Shown here: positions 48,589 to 57,351 of the stretch, in pieces
How the letters are laid out: each line of letters starts with the position of its first letter
How positions within the stretch are numbered: position 1 is the stretch's first letter
Made by a program: the position numbers and the translations under genes
Notes under the pieces: model-generated
What the model was told of the DNA's origin: nothing
The model's input: only the letters and a program-made list of their open reading frames with translations
Databases searched by the model: none
From: Candidatus Cloacimonadales bacterium
GTDB taxonomy: Bacteria > Cloacimonadota > Cloacimonadia > Cloacimonadales > JAIOQZ01
DNA: 64,000 nt
Direction: 5' to 3'
Assembly (NCBI GenBank): GCA_963665815.1
Contig: OY762463.1
Span: 288,001-352,000, forward strand

Positions 48589-49815
48589 ATGAAAGTATAT
48601 CTGATTTTTTACATCGTTTTTATTTCTACGATACTTTTCTCAGTTGAAGAATACAACACGTGTAGAAGTAGTTTTAATTTAATAAAATCAAAGAACTTCT
48701 CTGATGATGTTTACGTTGAGTCTTTTACTACTGATAGAAATAGTAATATTATTATGATCACATCAAATAGAAAGAAGAAGCCAAAAACTTTTTCCTTCAA
48801 AATGACGAAATTAGATAAAAATCTGGAAAGAGTATGGGAAATTCAACTCAATTCGTTGGGTTTTCCAGTTATCTATACTGATAATAGCAACAACATCATT
48901 ATTGTTTGTCACGAGGGCACACCTATAAAAAATATTTCTTCAATAAGCAAGTTCAGTGAAAATGGAAAACTTCAATGGACAACTAAGCCGAAAGCAAAAA
49001 ATGATTTCAGTATTTCAGATATGGAATTTGATGAATCCAATAATATATATATTGTTGGAAATCTTCATGGATATGTGAGAGTTGGATTTAATATAATTAA
49101 TACAATATTACCATCTTTCAGAGATGGATTCATTGCGAAATTAACCCCGAATGGAGACTGGATTAAATGTAAAGATACTAATATTCCGTTCGATGATTAC
49201 ATTAGTGATATTGAAATCATTGATGGATGTATATATACATGGGGAGGTTTTGAGCGTTGGAGTGGATTATTAAGATCTTTGTTTAGAGATTTTGAAGCTA
49301 ATTATGAAGCCAAATGTTATGTTTCAAAATATAATACTGACTTAAAGAAACAGCTTGAATTCAAATTAAATATTGATAGTAATGCTTTTTTGGGTGAAAA
49401 TTTTCCACTATCACCATATATTTCTACAACTGTGCACAATAACAATTTTGTTGCTATAGACACTGGGTATTCTTTTGATGAAGAGAGCAATGGAGAACAT
49501 CAATGGAATGCTGATATAATGATTTTAGATTCTATGTTAAATATCCTGTTCTCTGAGTATGAAAAAAAACTATTCTCTGAGAAATTACCCGTATCATTTC
49601 ATGATTGTATATTTTATATTGACTCAAAATTCAAATCAATTCTATACGATTTCTCAGATCAAGCATTATATTTATTAAAGCCAGAAGAAAATGAATCATT
49701 TGAAAAAGGTTTTATTGATCATGATATGTTATATATTCTTAGTAGTAAGAAAGATATAAACTCTAAAAATTATTCATTCATTTTAAATGTTTTCAAAACA
49801 GATCCCTTTGAATAA
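48589..49815 (+). CDS. exported beta-propeller protein, candidate immunity 2
   Basis: Collinear but clearly diverged paralog of 45885..47114. Confidence 0.6.
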   Translation: MKVYLIFYIVFISTILFSVEEYNTCRSSFNLIKSKNFSDDVYVESFTTDRNSNIIMITSNRKKKPKTFSFKMTKLDKNLERVWEIQLNSLGFPVIYTDNSNNIIIVCHEGTPIKNISSISKFSENGKLQWTTKPKAKNDFSISDMEFDESNNIYIVGNLHGYVRVGFNIINTILPSFRDGFIAKLTPNGDWIKCKDTNIPFDDYISDIEIIDGCIYTWGGFERWSGLLRSLFRDFEANYEAKCYVSKYNTDLKKQLEFKLNIDSNAFLGENFPLSPYISTTVHNNNFVAIDTGYSFDEESNGEHQWNADIMILDSMLNILFSEYEKKLFSEKLPVSFHDCIFYIDSKFKSILYDFSDQALYLLKPEENESFEKGFIDHDMLYILSSKKDINSKNYSFILNVFKTDPFE

Positions 49816-49823
49816 GGATTTAC

Positions 49824-50065
49824 AGCCTGCCTCGTGCAGGCTTTTCTTTCTCATAACTCAAAAGACAGAGAAGAAATTGACGAAATGGATCTTGACTGGA
49901 TATACTGGCAAAAACGGTTCCTTGACCCGCAAATAGGTTTTGGGAGACTCTCGCCTAAGGCTCCGAGCTCTTTGTTGGCATTCTCTTGATCCGGCAGAGC
50001 AGTTTGACAGTCCGTATGTATATTGCGGTAACAATCCTGCAAACTTTGTAGAGCTGGACGGAGCA
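49824..50065 (+). repeat. cassette boundary: hairpin + Rhs core-tail repeat (unit 2), with 37-nt insertion
   Basis: Near-identical to 47123-47342; insertion at 49939-49975; intact NNPANFVELDG. Confidence 0.9.
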
Positions 50066-51085
50066 GAGTCCGCATATAACTACTATGTGCAGATGATACG
50101 CATAAAAGCTCAGTTGGTTTTACAGAAAATGGAATATGAGATTAGACTTGCAGAAGATCTTGCTAAATCACATATACCCATGTACTGTTGTCAAACCGGT
50201 CCTATGTTGGGTTGGTTTGAGGACATGGATGATGCAAGTGAGAAAGCGGAACAGGTAGCTGAGGAGGAGGATTCTGAAAGCATGAATGGAGCAGGCAGTG
50301 CTGAAACTCAAGAAGAACCTGTTGCTCCTCCACAAAGTGAAACACCATCTACAAGTGGTAATTCACCTGATAGTCAGGAAAGACAAGCTGATGAGGAAAT
50401 TAATCAAAAACAAAATGAGGTAATTGAAAATGACTCAGGAAATCTGCAGTTAGAAAACCCTGGGGAACAGGAGAATGGTTACTCCGGTGGTGGCGGAGGA
50501 GGTCCAATTACAATTGATATCTCTGCTTTGACTGAGGGAGATTCTCTGAGTAATGGTGCTATTTTATTTGAGTTAATAAAAGGATATGATGTAACTGAAG
50601 ATATTGACACTCCTGCAGCTCTAGAAGCAGCATTTCACAAGGAGGGGAAGAATAATCGTCATGCATCATACACTGCACCAGAAATTGATCTAAGTCTTGT
50701 AAAAGGATTCATAATTAGTAATTTAAAAGTACAACCAAATAGTGAACAAGATAATTCACATGATGCTATTACCTTCAAGAACTATCTCAATGCAATTGTC
50801 GTAATAGATCTTATACAAGGAAAGCAAATAAATCGAAAAATTTTTGATACTATTTTTGATAATGCGTTTAGTAGTATAGTTGATGGCATTTCGGGTGGTG
50901 CATCATATCTTCCAAGAAAGGCAGCATCTAGTGGAGCTACATTGTTAAAAACATCAAATGACTACAGGCAATTTCGAGAATATATACGTGAGGATATTAG
51001 TAATGGTTTAGATGTTCGTCACGGAAATATAGTTTTTTGGAACAGGCTATATTATGATTTTGATCGACGTAGAGAGAATAACTAG
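49940..51085 (+). CDS. orphan Rhs tail + C-terminal domain 3 (unknown putative toxin)
   Basis: WHSLDPAEQFDSPYVYCGNNPANFVELDG, then the shared linker, then a unique domain. Confidence 0.7.
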   Translation: MGDSRLRLRALCWHSLDPAEQFDSPYVYCGNNPANFVELDGAESAYNYYVQMIRIKAQLVLQKMEYEIRLAEDLAKSHIPMYCCQTGPMLGWFEDMDDASEKAEQVAEEEDSESMNGAGSAETQEEPVAPPQSETPSTSGNSPDSQERQADEEINQKQNEVIENDSGNLQLENPGEQENGYSGGGGGGPITIDISALTEGDSLSNGAILFELIKGYDVTEDIDTPAALEAAFHKEGKNNRHASYTAPEIDLSLVKGFIISNLKVQPNSEQDNSHDAITFKNYLNAIVVIDLIQGKQINRKIFDTIFDNAFSSIVDGISGGASYLPRKAASSGATLLKTSNDYRQFREYIREDISNGLDVRHGNIVFWNRLYYDFDRRRENN

Positions 51086-51098
51086 TAAAGGAATAGAA

Positions 51099-52307
51099 AT
51101 GAGAAATATTAGATTAACGGGTATTGTTTTAATATACTTTATATTATGTAGTTTGCTTTCTTATGAAGGAGTAAGTAATGAAATATTAAGAAACAATGAA
51201 GAAAACTATATTGCAACGACCTTTGCTTTAGTAAAAAAACTTAACATCCCTCAAAGAAAAATAAAGTTTGCAATTAGTCACAAAAATAGTAAATTGATAG
51301 AATTTGCAAAGACTTGTAATGATACTCTAAAGGAAATACCTCTTGAAAAAAGTTTTGAACATACTGCTCAAAAGTATATGATGCATAGTATTATGCACAA
51401 TCCTATTGGCTGTATTAAAGACGCTGTCAAAGAGTTTTCTGAAGCTGAAAAAATGTACAATGAATACATAATCGAGTCTGAGTCAATAGCAGATAGCCTT
51501 GGTATTGAATTAACTGATAGTTTATATTTTGAGTACGCATTAGGATTAGTCAGTAGAGTAAAACATCTTGAGATTACCTATAATTACCTTTTCAGAAGCC
51601 TCCTTCTATGTGAACAATACGATATAATACTCGAAGAAATAGAGAAATTCAAAATAATTTTCCTCTCAGCAAGACTTTTAGAACCCGGAATCACACTGTC
51701 ATCAGATATTACTTATGCTGATAATTTCAACTATTATTTTGCATTGAAAGCTTATTGCTACGATAAGATAGGGGAAATTGATAAGTCAGATATGAACCTG
51801 AGAGAAACATATTTATTCTTTGAGCATCCATATATAAACTCAATTTTCTATTCCGAAGTCTTAGCAAGAATATTCATAGAGTGGGAGTTAGATTACATTG
51901 AACCTAAGGTTTTTATAGATAATTTTATTAACCACATTTATATAGTTGCTGGACCGGAATTCATGCTGAGAAGTCATTTTTTAAGGAAAATTCATCCTGA
52001 TAATTACCTGAATATAATTGAAAATGAGTTGGATGCACACTTTATAAGAGTAAATAAAAAAAAGAACAATGCTGAAAGAGAAGGTTACATTAATAACTTT
52101 GAAAGGATATTCATGCATCTGGCATTTCTGCATTACGAAAAAGGAAATAGTAGTGAAGCAATGCATTGGTTCAAGAGATCACTTACTGAGTATTCAACAT
52201 TTGATGGTGACTGGGATTACTGGCTAAGGTATCGATATTATGAGAAAGGTGAAAAAGAAGCTTTGCTGAAACTGAAAGAGCAGTATTTGAAAGAAAAAGG
52301 GAAATAA
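51099..52307 (+). CDS. exported helical/TPR-like protein, candidate immunity 3
   Basis: Signal peptide from ATG 51099; LAFLHYEKGNSSEAMHWFKRSL is TPR-like. Confidence 0.55.
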   Translation: MRNIRLTGIVLIYFILCSLLSYEGVSNEILRNNEENYIATTFALVKKLNIPQRKIKFAISHKNSKLIEFAKTCNDTLKEIPLEKSFEHTAQKYMMHSIMHNPIGCIKDAVKEFSEAEKMYNEYIIESESIADSLGIELTDSLYFEYALGLVSRVKHLEITYNYLFRSLLLCEQYDIILEEIEKFKIIFLSARLLEPGITLSSDITYADNFNYYFALKAYCYDKIGEIDKSDMNLRETYLFFEHPYINSIFYSEVLARIFIEWELDYIEPKVFIDNFINHIYIVAGPEFMLRSHFLRKIHPDNYLNIIENELDAHFIRVNKKKNNAEREGYINNFERIFMHLAFLHYEKGNSSEAMHWFKRSLTEYSTFDGDWDYWLRYRYYEKGEKEALLKLKEQYLKEKGK

Positions 52308-52314
52308 ATTGATC

Positions 52315-52333
52315 AGCCTGCTCCGTGCAGGCT
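52315..52333 (+). terminator. cassette-boundary hairpin (unit 3)
   Basis: agcctgc-tccgt-gcaggct followed by T-rich sequence. Confidence 0.7.
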
Positions 52334-52353
52334 TTATCTTCTCTAGGTTTTGA

Positions 52354-53577
52354 AAAAACAGAGAAATTATTGACGAACTCGATTTAGACTGGATATATTG
52401 GGGAAAACGGTTCCTTGACCCGCAAATAGGTAGGTGGCACTCTCTTGACCCGGCAGAGCAGTTTGACAGTCCGTATGTATATTGCGGTAACAATCCTGCA
52501 AACTTTGTAGAGCTGGACGGAGCAATCTCATTATCATATCATCAGGAGCAGTATGCTAAATTACAAAGTTTGTACCGGGGATTCAGGGGAATATACACTG
52601 ATAGTAATGGATGGAATGATGTTGCAGAGTTTGAGCAAATGATGGATAGAGAGATACAAGAGTCTGGGCACTGGTTGCTTTGGGTGACTGCTGGAAGAAG
52701 TGCAATAAAGGATAAGAAAAAGGGGAAAGCTGAGGATCAACAAAAAAAATGGGAAGTAGAAGATGTAAAAAAAGGTTTGGAAATAAAGAAGAAAAAAGAT
52801 GATAGAAAGAAGTTCATTTTAAGTATAGTCAATGCAATTGTAAATAATCCACTAACCAATGTTGCCAGTACTATCCTGCAAGGAGCTATTGATATTGTAG
52901 GCTTAGAAGGTATTCTTGGTGATAATGGAATTGTTTCTAATTTTATAAGTAATATGTTTCAGGATCAGCCTAAAATAGAAATTACTACAGTTAGTGATGG
53001 AATATACTACTCACCAAGAATGCACGACTGGATCAATGTTCCACAAGGATCTAGTATGCAGCACCCTATTCCTTCAATTCAAGCTCAACAGCAATATGGT
53101 AAAGACCATACCGATAGAATAAGTATGGAAATAGTTAATTATAGCGATTATTATGGTATCTGGGGTGAAAACCAGGAGCATTATGAAAGATTTGCTGTTG
53201 GAGTCGATGCAACATCATCAACAGTCAGTGTAGCTGCTTCCAGTATATCAATGCGCATTGCTTATTTGAGAGGAAGCAATAAGGGAATGTTAAGATATGG
53301 GCAATTAACTGCTGCACACCTATCGCTTGCTTTAATGAAATGGACTGCATGTGGAACTGGGCAAAAACCTATTGATATTCCTCACATTACTGAAGCTGAA
53401 TTAGCCTTGACTATTCCAGCTAAACTAAAATGGGATGTTGAAGATTATATCTTTGCAGGAGTAACTTACGGAGGGGTTACAATGACTAAAATTGTTTATA
53501 ACAATACTCACTACTATTACAGATTCAGTCAGGAAATGAGAAGAAAACTTCTTGGTAAAAAGAAAGTAATGAAGTGA
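52354..53577 (+). CDS. orphan Rhs tail (uninterrupted) + C-terminal domain 4
   Basis: Frame opens after TGA 52351: REIIDELDLDWIYWGKRFLDPQIGRWHSLDPAEQFDSPYVYCGNNPANFVELDGAISL..., continuous with the 52570 ORF; no conventional start before the tail. Confidence 0.8.
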   Translation, partial: KNREIIDELDLDWIYWGKRFLDPQIGRWHSLDPAEQFDSPYVYCGNNPANFVELDGAISLSYHQEQYAKLQSLYRGFRGIYTDSNGWNDVAEFEQMMDREIQESGHWLLWVTAGRSAIKDKKKGKAEDQQKKWEVEDVKKGLEIKKKKDDRKKFILSIVNAIVNNPLTNVASTILQGAIDIVGLEGILGDNGIVSNFISNMFQDQPKIEITTVSDGIYYSPRMHDWINVPQGSSMQHPIPSIQAQQQYGKDHTDRISMEIVNYSDYYGIWGENQEHYERFAVGVDATSSTVSVAASSISMRIAYLRGSNKGMLRYGQLTAAHLSLALMKWTACGTGQKPIDIPHITEAELALTIPAKLKWDVEDYIFAGVTYGGVTMTKIVYNNTHYYYRFSQEMRRKLLGKKKVMK

Positions 53578-53595
53578 TAATTAAGGATAGCAATT

Positions 53596-54066
53596 GTGAC
53601 ATATAAAAAATTTATTGTATCTTTCCTTGCAAATTTGATTGATTATGCTTGCTTTACAATAGTTAAGTACTTAATTATATTTGATGACTTATATACAGTA
53701 ACAAGGCATATTAATGATAGACCATATCTTCAAGTATCATATATGATCTATCCGCTTCTTGTGTTCATTGTATCAATATTATTTAGACGGTTACCTTCCT
53801 TAGGTATTGGAGAATTAATTATGAGGATTAAAACTGAATATTCATATAATTGGAAAGATGTACTTATTTGGATAGCTGCAACATTGTTTATTTGTAATAT
53901 TATTGATATGATAATATTGAGTAAATTATTGTTAAAGATTATACTTTGTATTCCATTACTACGACTCACAAGAACATCTGCACATACAGGAACATCTTTT
54001 GGTACTGCATTGATTATTTTTCTTAAAAAGAAAAAAGGAGTTGGAATTATCCATGAAACTGAATAA
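53596..54066 (+). CDS. membrane protein, candidate immunity 4
   Basis: Several TM segments; RBS; follows CT4. Confidence 0.55.
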   Translation: MTYKKFIVSFLANLIDYACFTIVKYLIIFDDLYTVTRHINDRPYLQVSYMIYPLLVFIVSILFRRLPSLGIGELIMRIKTEYSYNWKDVLIWIAATLFICNIIDMIILSKLLLKIILCIPLLRLTRTSAHTGTSFGTALIIFLKKKKGVGIIHETE

Positions 54067-54784
54067 ACTTATTATGTTAGTATTCATGCTGGTAATGACT
54101 ATTGTTTGTCATTCTATTCCTGAAGAATATTTTGATAAATTAGTAACACTTGATAAGCAGTTAGCAGGAAGATACAGTTGCAAAATAAAATGTAAAGAGG
54201 GAATTGACTTTTTAAGTCAATTCCTTTCTGATGCCGGTATGAATGAAGATCAAGTAAAGAAATTCACAGAGAACATATATTGGCTCGTGACGTATGATAA
54301 TAAGAAACTTGTTGTAATTAACCCTAATCTTTCAAGAAGATTCAAAAAAATTCTTGAAATTAATCCATCTCCGGGATTAGCTGATTATGCTGATAAAGTT
54401 GAAGATATCATTGCTGCAGTAGGGAAAACACTAAACAGCATATTTATTTCAATAGATTATGAAGCTATTCAGAATTTTGGTACATCAGATGAAAAGAAAA
54501 CCGGATTGAATCTTGAGTTTTCCAAATCATTTTATGAGGAGAAAAGATTTATTAAATACAAAATGTCATATACATGTAAAAAGAAGGATGTTTACATTCC
54601 AACAGAAGTTGATTTTAGATCAAAGTTTGATAATACGGAAGCAGATTACAATTACAAGTACACATTCGGTAAACAGTTTGGAAAATATGTAATCAACTCA
54701 ATTATAAGTACACAGAAAGCTACATCAATGGGACAGACAACAACTGTCAATTTTCATTACAGAGTGTTTAACTGGAAATTTTGA
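54041..54784 (+). CDS. exported hypothetical protein
   Basis: Signal peptide MKLNKLIMLVFMLVMTIVCHS; AGGAG RBS. Confidence 0.6.
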   Translation: MELSMKLNKLIMLVFMLVMTIVCHSIPEEYFDKLVTLDKQLAGRYSCKIKCKEGIDFLSQFLSDAGMNEDQVKKFTENIYWLVTYDNKKLVVINPNLSRRFKKILEINPSPGLADYADKVEDIIAAVGKTLNSIFISIDYEAIQNFGTSDEKKTGLNLEFSKSFYEEKRFIKYKMSYTCKKKDVYIPTEVDFRSKFDNTEADYNYKYTFGKQFGKYVINSIISTQKATSMGQTTTVNFHYRVFNWKF

Positions 54785-55185
54785 TTCTCAGCATTTATTA
54801 CTTTACAATCTGTAAAAATACATGTAAACATAAAAATTTTTATACCGAAAGAGAGAAACTTATGGATGTTTTTGGATCAATATTTTTGATTTTAACTATC
54901 TTATCTGCTTTGATTTACTGGATATTACTACTTAAAAATATTAAGTACTTCAATACAGTTCTTAAAAATGAAAGAGTTTTTGTCAGAACAAGAAGAATCT
55001 TGTCTGTCAGATGGTATCATTTTCTTACATCTAAAATTGTAAGTCTTGTTGCTGAGAATGTTGATAAGAATGAAAAACCCAAAGTACTTAAAGTGTTGAT
55101 TGCAGCGTCATTACATCAAGGTTTCAGGATTGTCTATTTGCTGTTTTTACTTGAAAAATATTTTCATATTTCTAAGCTACTTTAA
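54781..55185 (+). CDS. small membrane protein
   Basis: Hydrophobic; likely starts at the internal MDVFG. Confidence 0.45.
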   Translation: MILSIYYFTICKNTCKHKNFYTEREKLMDVFGSIFLILTILSALIYWILLLKNIKYFNTVLKNERVFVRTRRILSVRWYHFLTSKIVSLVAENVDKNEKPKVLKVLIAASLHQGFRIVYLLFLLEKYFHISKLL

Positions 55186-55189
55186 AAAC

Positions 55190-55730
55190 CTACATTATCC
55201 GTAAGTGAATACTATGTAAATAGATATTATGGAACTCAGAGCAGCAGCAGTATGGGATGGACCAAAGGTGCCAGTTCATTTGTAAAATCAAGACTGTTCG
55301 AACCAGATGAACTCTCATATTCAAATACTATTGATAAAGATAATAACGGAGTTGTCATTCAGAAAGACAGAATTGGCAGACTTATATCCAAGACGACCTT
55401 CACCAGCGGAGCAATTCTTGAGAGAAGCTACATCTATGAAGAATATGAGCGTTTATGCGGAGAAATATCCCCTGCATTATCTCAGATTCTCAGTCTATCC
55501 GGTGCAACTGAAATTACACAGGCTCAGCAGGAAATGTATATGACTACATTCCGCTACGATGAGAAAAACAGACAGATAAGCAAAACTCTTCCCGGAAATC
55601 TGAGAATCGACGTTGTTTATGACCGTTACGGCAGAATAGTTCTGAAACAGGATAACAGACTGAGAGAAATGGATTACTGGTCATTCTCCAAGTATGATCA
55701 ATACGGCAGAACAATAACATTAAGGACATC
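55190..55730 (+). pseudogene. internal fragment of a Bacteroidota-type Rhs/YD-repeat protein
   Basis: FRYDEKNRQISKTLPG...VVYDRYGRIVLKQD...WSFSKYDQYGR; similarity ends abruptly. Confidence 0.75.
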
Positions 55731-55967
55731 TCAACTCTTGTTAGTAATCCTGAATTACTTTATGTATGGTTGGATAATAATAGAATAAATAGTGTTAAAC
55801 CATTGCTGAAATGCAAAAAACTGCTTGAAATTTGGGTAAACAACAATAAAAAATAAATTCGTACTATATACAGTAGTAAGCAATTCAAAATTAAAAGCTT
55901 ATTCTCAAACTGTAGAACATATTAGAAATTTTCTTTTCTATGAGTGGAATATCCAGTGATTTCTAAC

Positions 55968-56066
55968 GCCTGCCACGTGCAGGCTTTTCTTTTAATCAGA
56001 GGCAATGCAAAGAAATTATTGACGAAAAGTGGCTTTAACTAGATATATTGGGGAAAACGGTTTCAG
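55968..56066 (+). repeat. degenerate cassette boundary (hairpin + Rhs tail remnant), right edge of island
   Basis: gcctgc-cacgt-gcaggc-ttttc...gaaattattgacgaa...gatatattggggaaaacggtt. Confidence 0.8.
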
Positions 56067-56206
56067 GAAATAATTTTCATTTCTTGTCTTGAAATGACGT
56101 TCTATAATTTTCAAGAAAATTCTCATTTAAGTAGAATTATTTTAATTTACAAAAAACTTAAAATGAAATGATTTTAATAGTTTTGTGTTCTTAAAATGGA
56201 GGAACA

Positions 56207-57316
56207 ATGAAAAGAATCAATTATCCATTTTCAGCTATTGCCGGGCAGGATGAATTAATATTAGGTCTACTACTTAATGCTGTTAATCCCGGACTCGGTG
56301 GAATCTTGATTAAAGGAACAAAAGGTACAGGCAAGAGTACTGCCGTATACTCATTTGCAGATATTTTCCCGGAAAACAATGTGAATTCAGGCTGTAAGTT
56401 TCAGTGTAATCCTGATAAACCGGAAGAATGGTGTAATGATTGCAAAACAAGGCATGGATCAACCGAGTTTAGCACAGAATCAAAACCCGTAGAAATCGTT
56501 AACATCCCCATAAGTACTACAGAAGAAAACCTGCTTGGTACTGTAAACATCGAAAAACTTCTTAAAGAAGGGGAAATGGAATTTGTCCCCGGTATACTAT
56601 CTTATGCCCATCGAAACATTCTTTATATTGATGAGGTAAACCTGCTTTCAGACTATATCGTGGATGATATTCTTGATGTTGCAGCAACAGGGTGGAATCG
56701 CATTAAACGTGAAGGTTTCACAGTAGAGCATCCATCAAGATTTATTCTTATCGGTACAATGAATCCGGAAGAAGGCGAATTGAGACCGCAGATTCTGGAT
56801 AGATTCCCGCTTTCTGTAACGGTAAATTCTGTAAAAGATGCTGGGAAAAGATCAGAAATCATCCGAAGAAACATCATGTTCGAAAGTGACAGGGAAAAAT
56901 TTACAGCGGATTTTTCTGAGAGGAACAGACAGCTTCAGGCAACAATAAAGGTTGCACGGGGAATGCTGAATAAAGTCTGTACTGACCAGAAATATATAGA
57001 GCTGATTGTTAACTTATGCAGTAGTTTTGACGTTGATGGCCACAGAGCAGACATCGCTATATTGAAAACGGCACAATCACATGCTGCTCTCGAATTGAGG
57101 GTAAAAGTGGATGAAAGACATGTTCGTCAGGCTGCATTACTTGTACTGAGACATAGAACAAGGCAGGGTGGACTCAAAAAGCCTCTGACTGATGTTGAAA
57201 TAAATGAATTCTTTGATAATAATCTGATACAGGAAAGTGGCAATACATCCATCATTATAAACAAAGATATGGAAACTCCGGGAGGTGAGCTGCTTCAGCT
57301 TGAAAAAAAGTCTTAG
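56207..57316 (+). CDS. ChlI/BchI-like chelatase AAA+ ATPase
   Basis: YPFSAIAGQ, GTKGTGKST, LYIDEVNLL, GTMNPEEGELRPQILDRF, VDGHRADI, LRHR. Confidence 0.9.
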   Translation: MKRINYPFSAIAGQDELILGLLLNAVNPGLGGILIKGTKGTGKSTAVYSFADIFPENNVNSGCKFQCNPDKPEEWCNDCKTRHGSTEFSTESKPVEIVNIPISTTEENLLGTVNIEKLLKEGEMEFVPGILSYAHRNILYIDEVNLLSDYIVDDILDVAATGWNRIKREGFTVEHPSRFILIGTMNPEEGELRPQILDRFPLSVTVNSVKDAGKRSEIIRRNIMFESDREKFTADFSERNRQLQATIKVARGMLNKVCTDQKYIELIVNLCSSFDVDGHRADIAILKTAQSHAALELRVKVDERHVRQAALLVLRHRTRQGGLKKPLTDVEINEFFDNNLIQESGNTSIIINKDMETPGGELLQLEKKS

Positions 57317-57351
57317 AATATCTCAAACATCTTGTTTCCGAATTGGATATT
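57281..57351 (+). promoter_or_regulatory. putative -1 frameshift signal
   Basis: GGAGGTG at 57281-57287, A_AAA_AAG at 57304-57310, downstream stem aatatctcaa/ttggatatt. Confidence 0.7.

Noticed and set aside
49940-49975. TTG start MGDSRLRLRALC as a true N-terminus
   Set aside because: It lies wholly inside the 37-nt insertion and has no well-spaced RBS.
47150-52493. Repeated minus-strand ORFs (47150..47374, 49851..50075, 52224..52493)
   Set aside because: They are antisense shadows of the Rhs-tail repeat.
44652-56066. CRISPR array or diversity-generating retroelement as the explanation for the repeats
   Set aside because: The repeats are >100 bp, encode Rhs and are separated by kilobase genes. 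There is no cas or reverse transcriptase gene, and the differences between copies are not adenine-specific.
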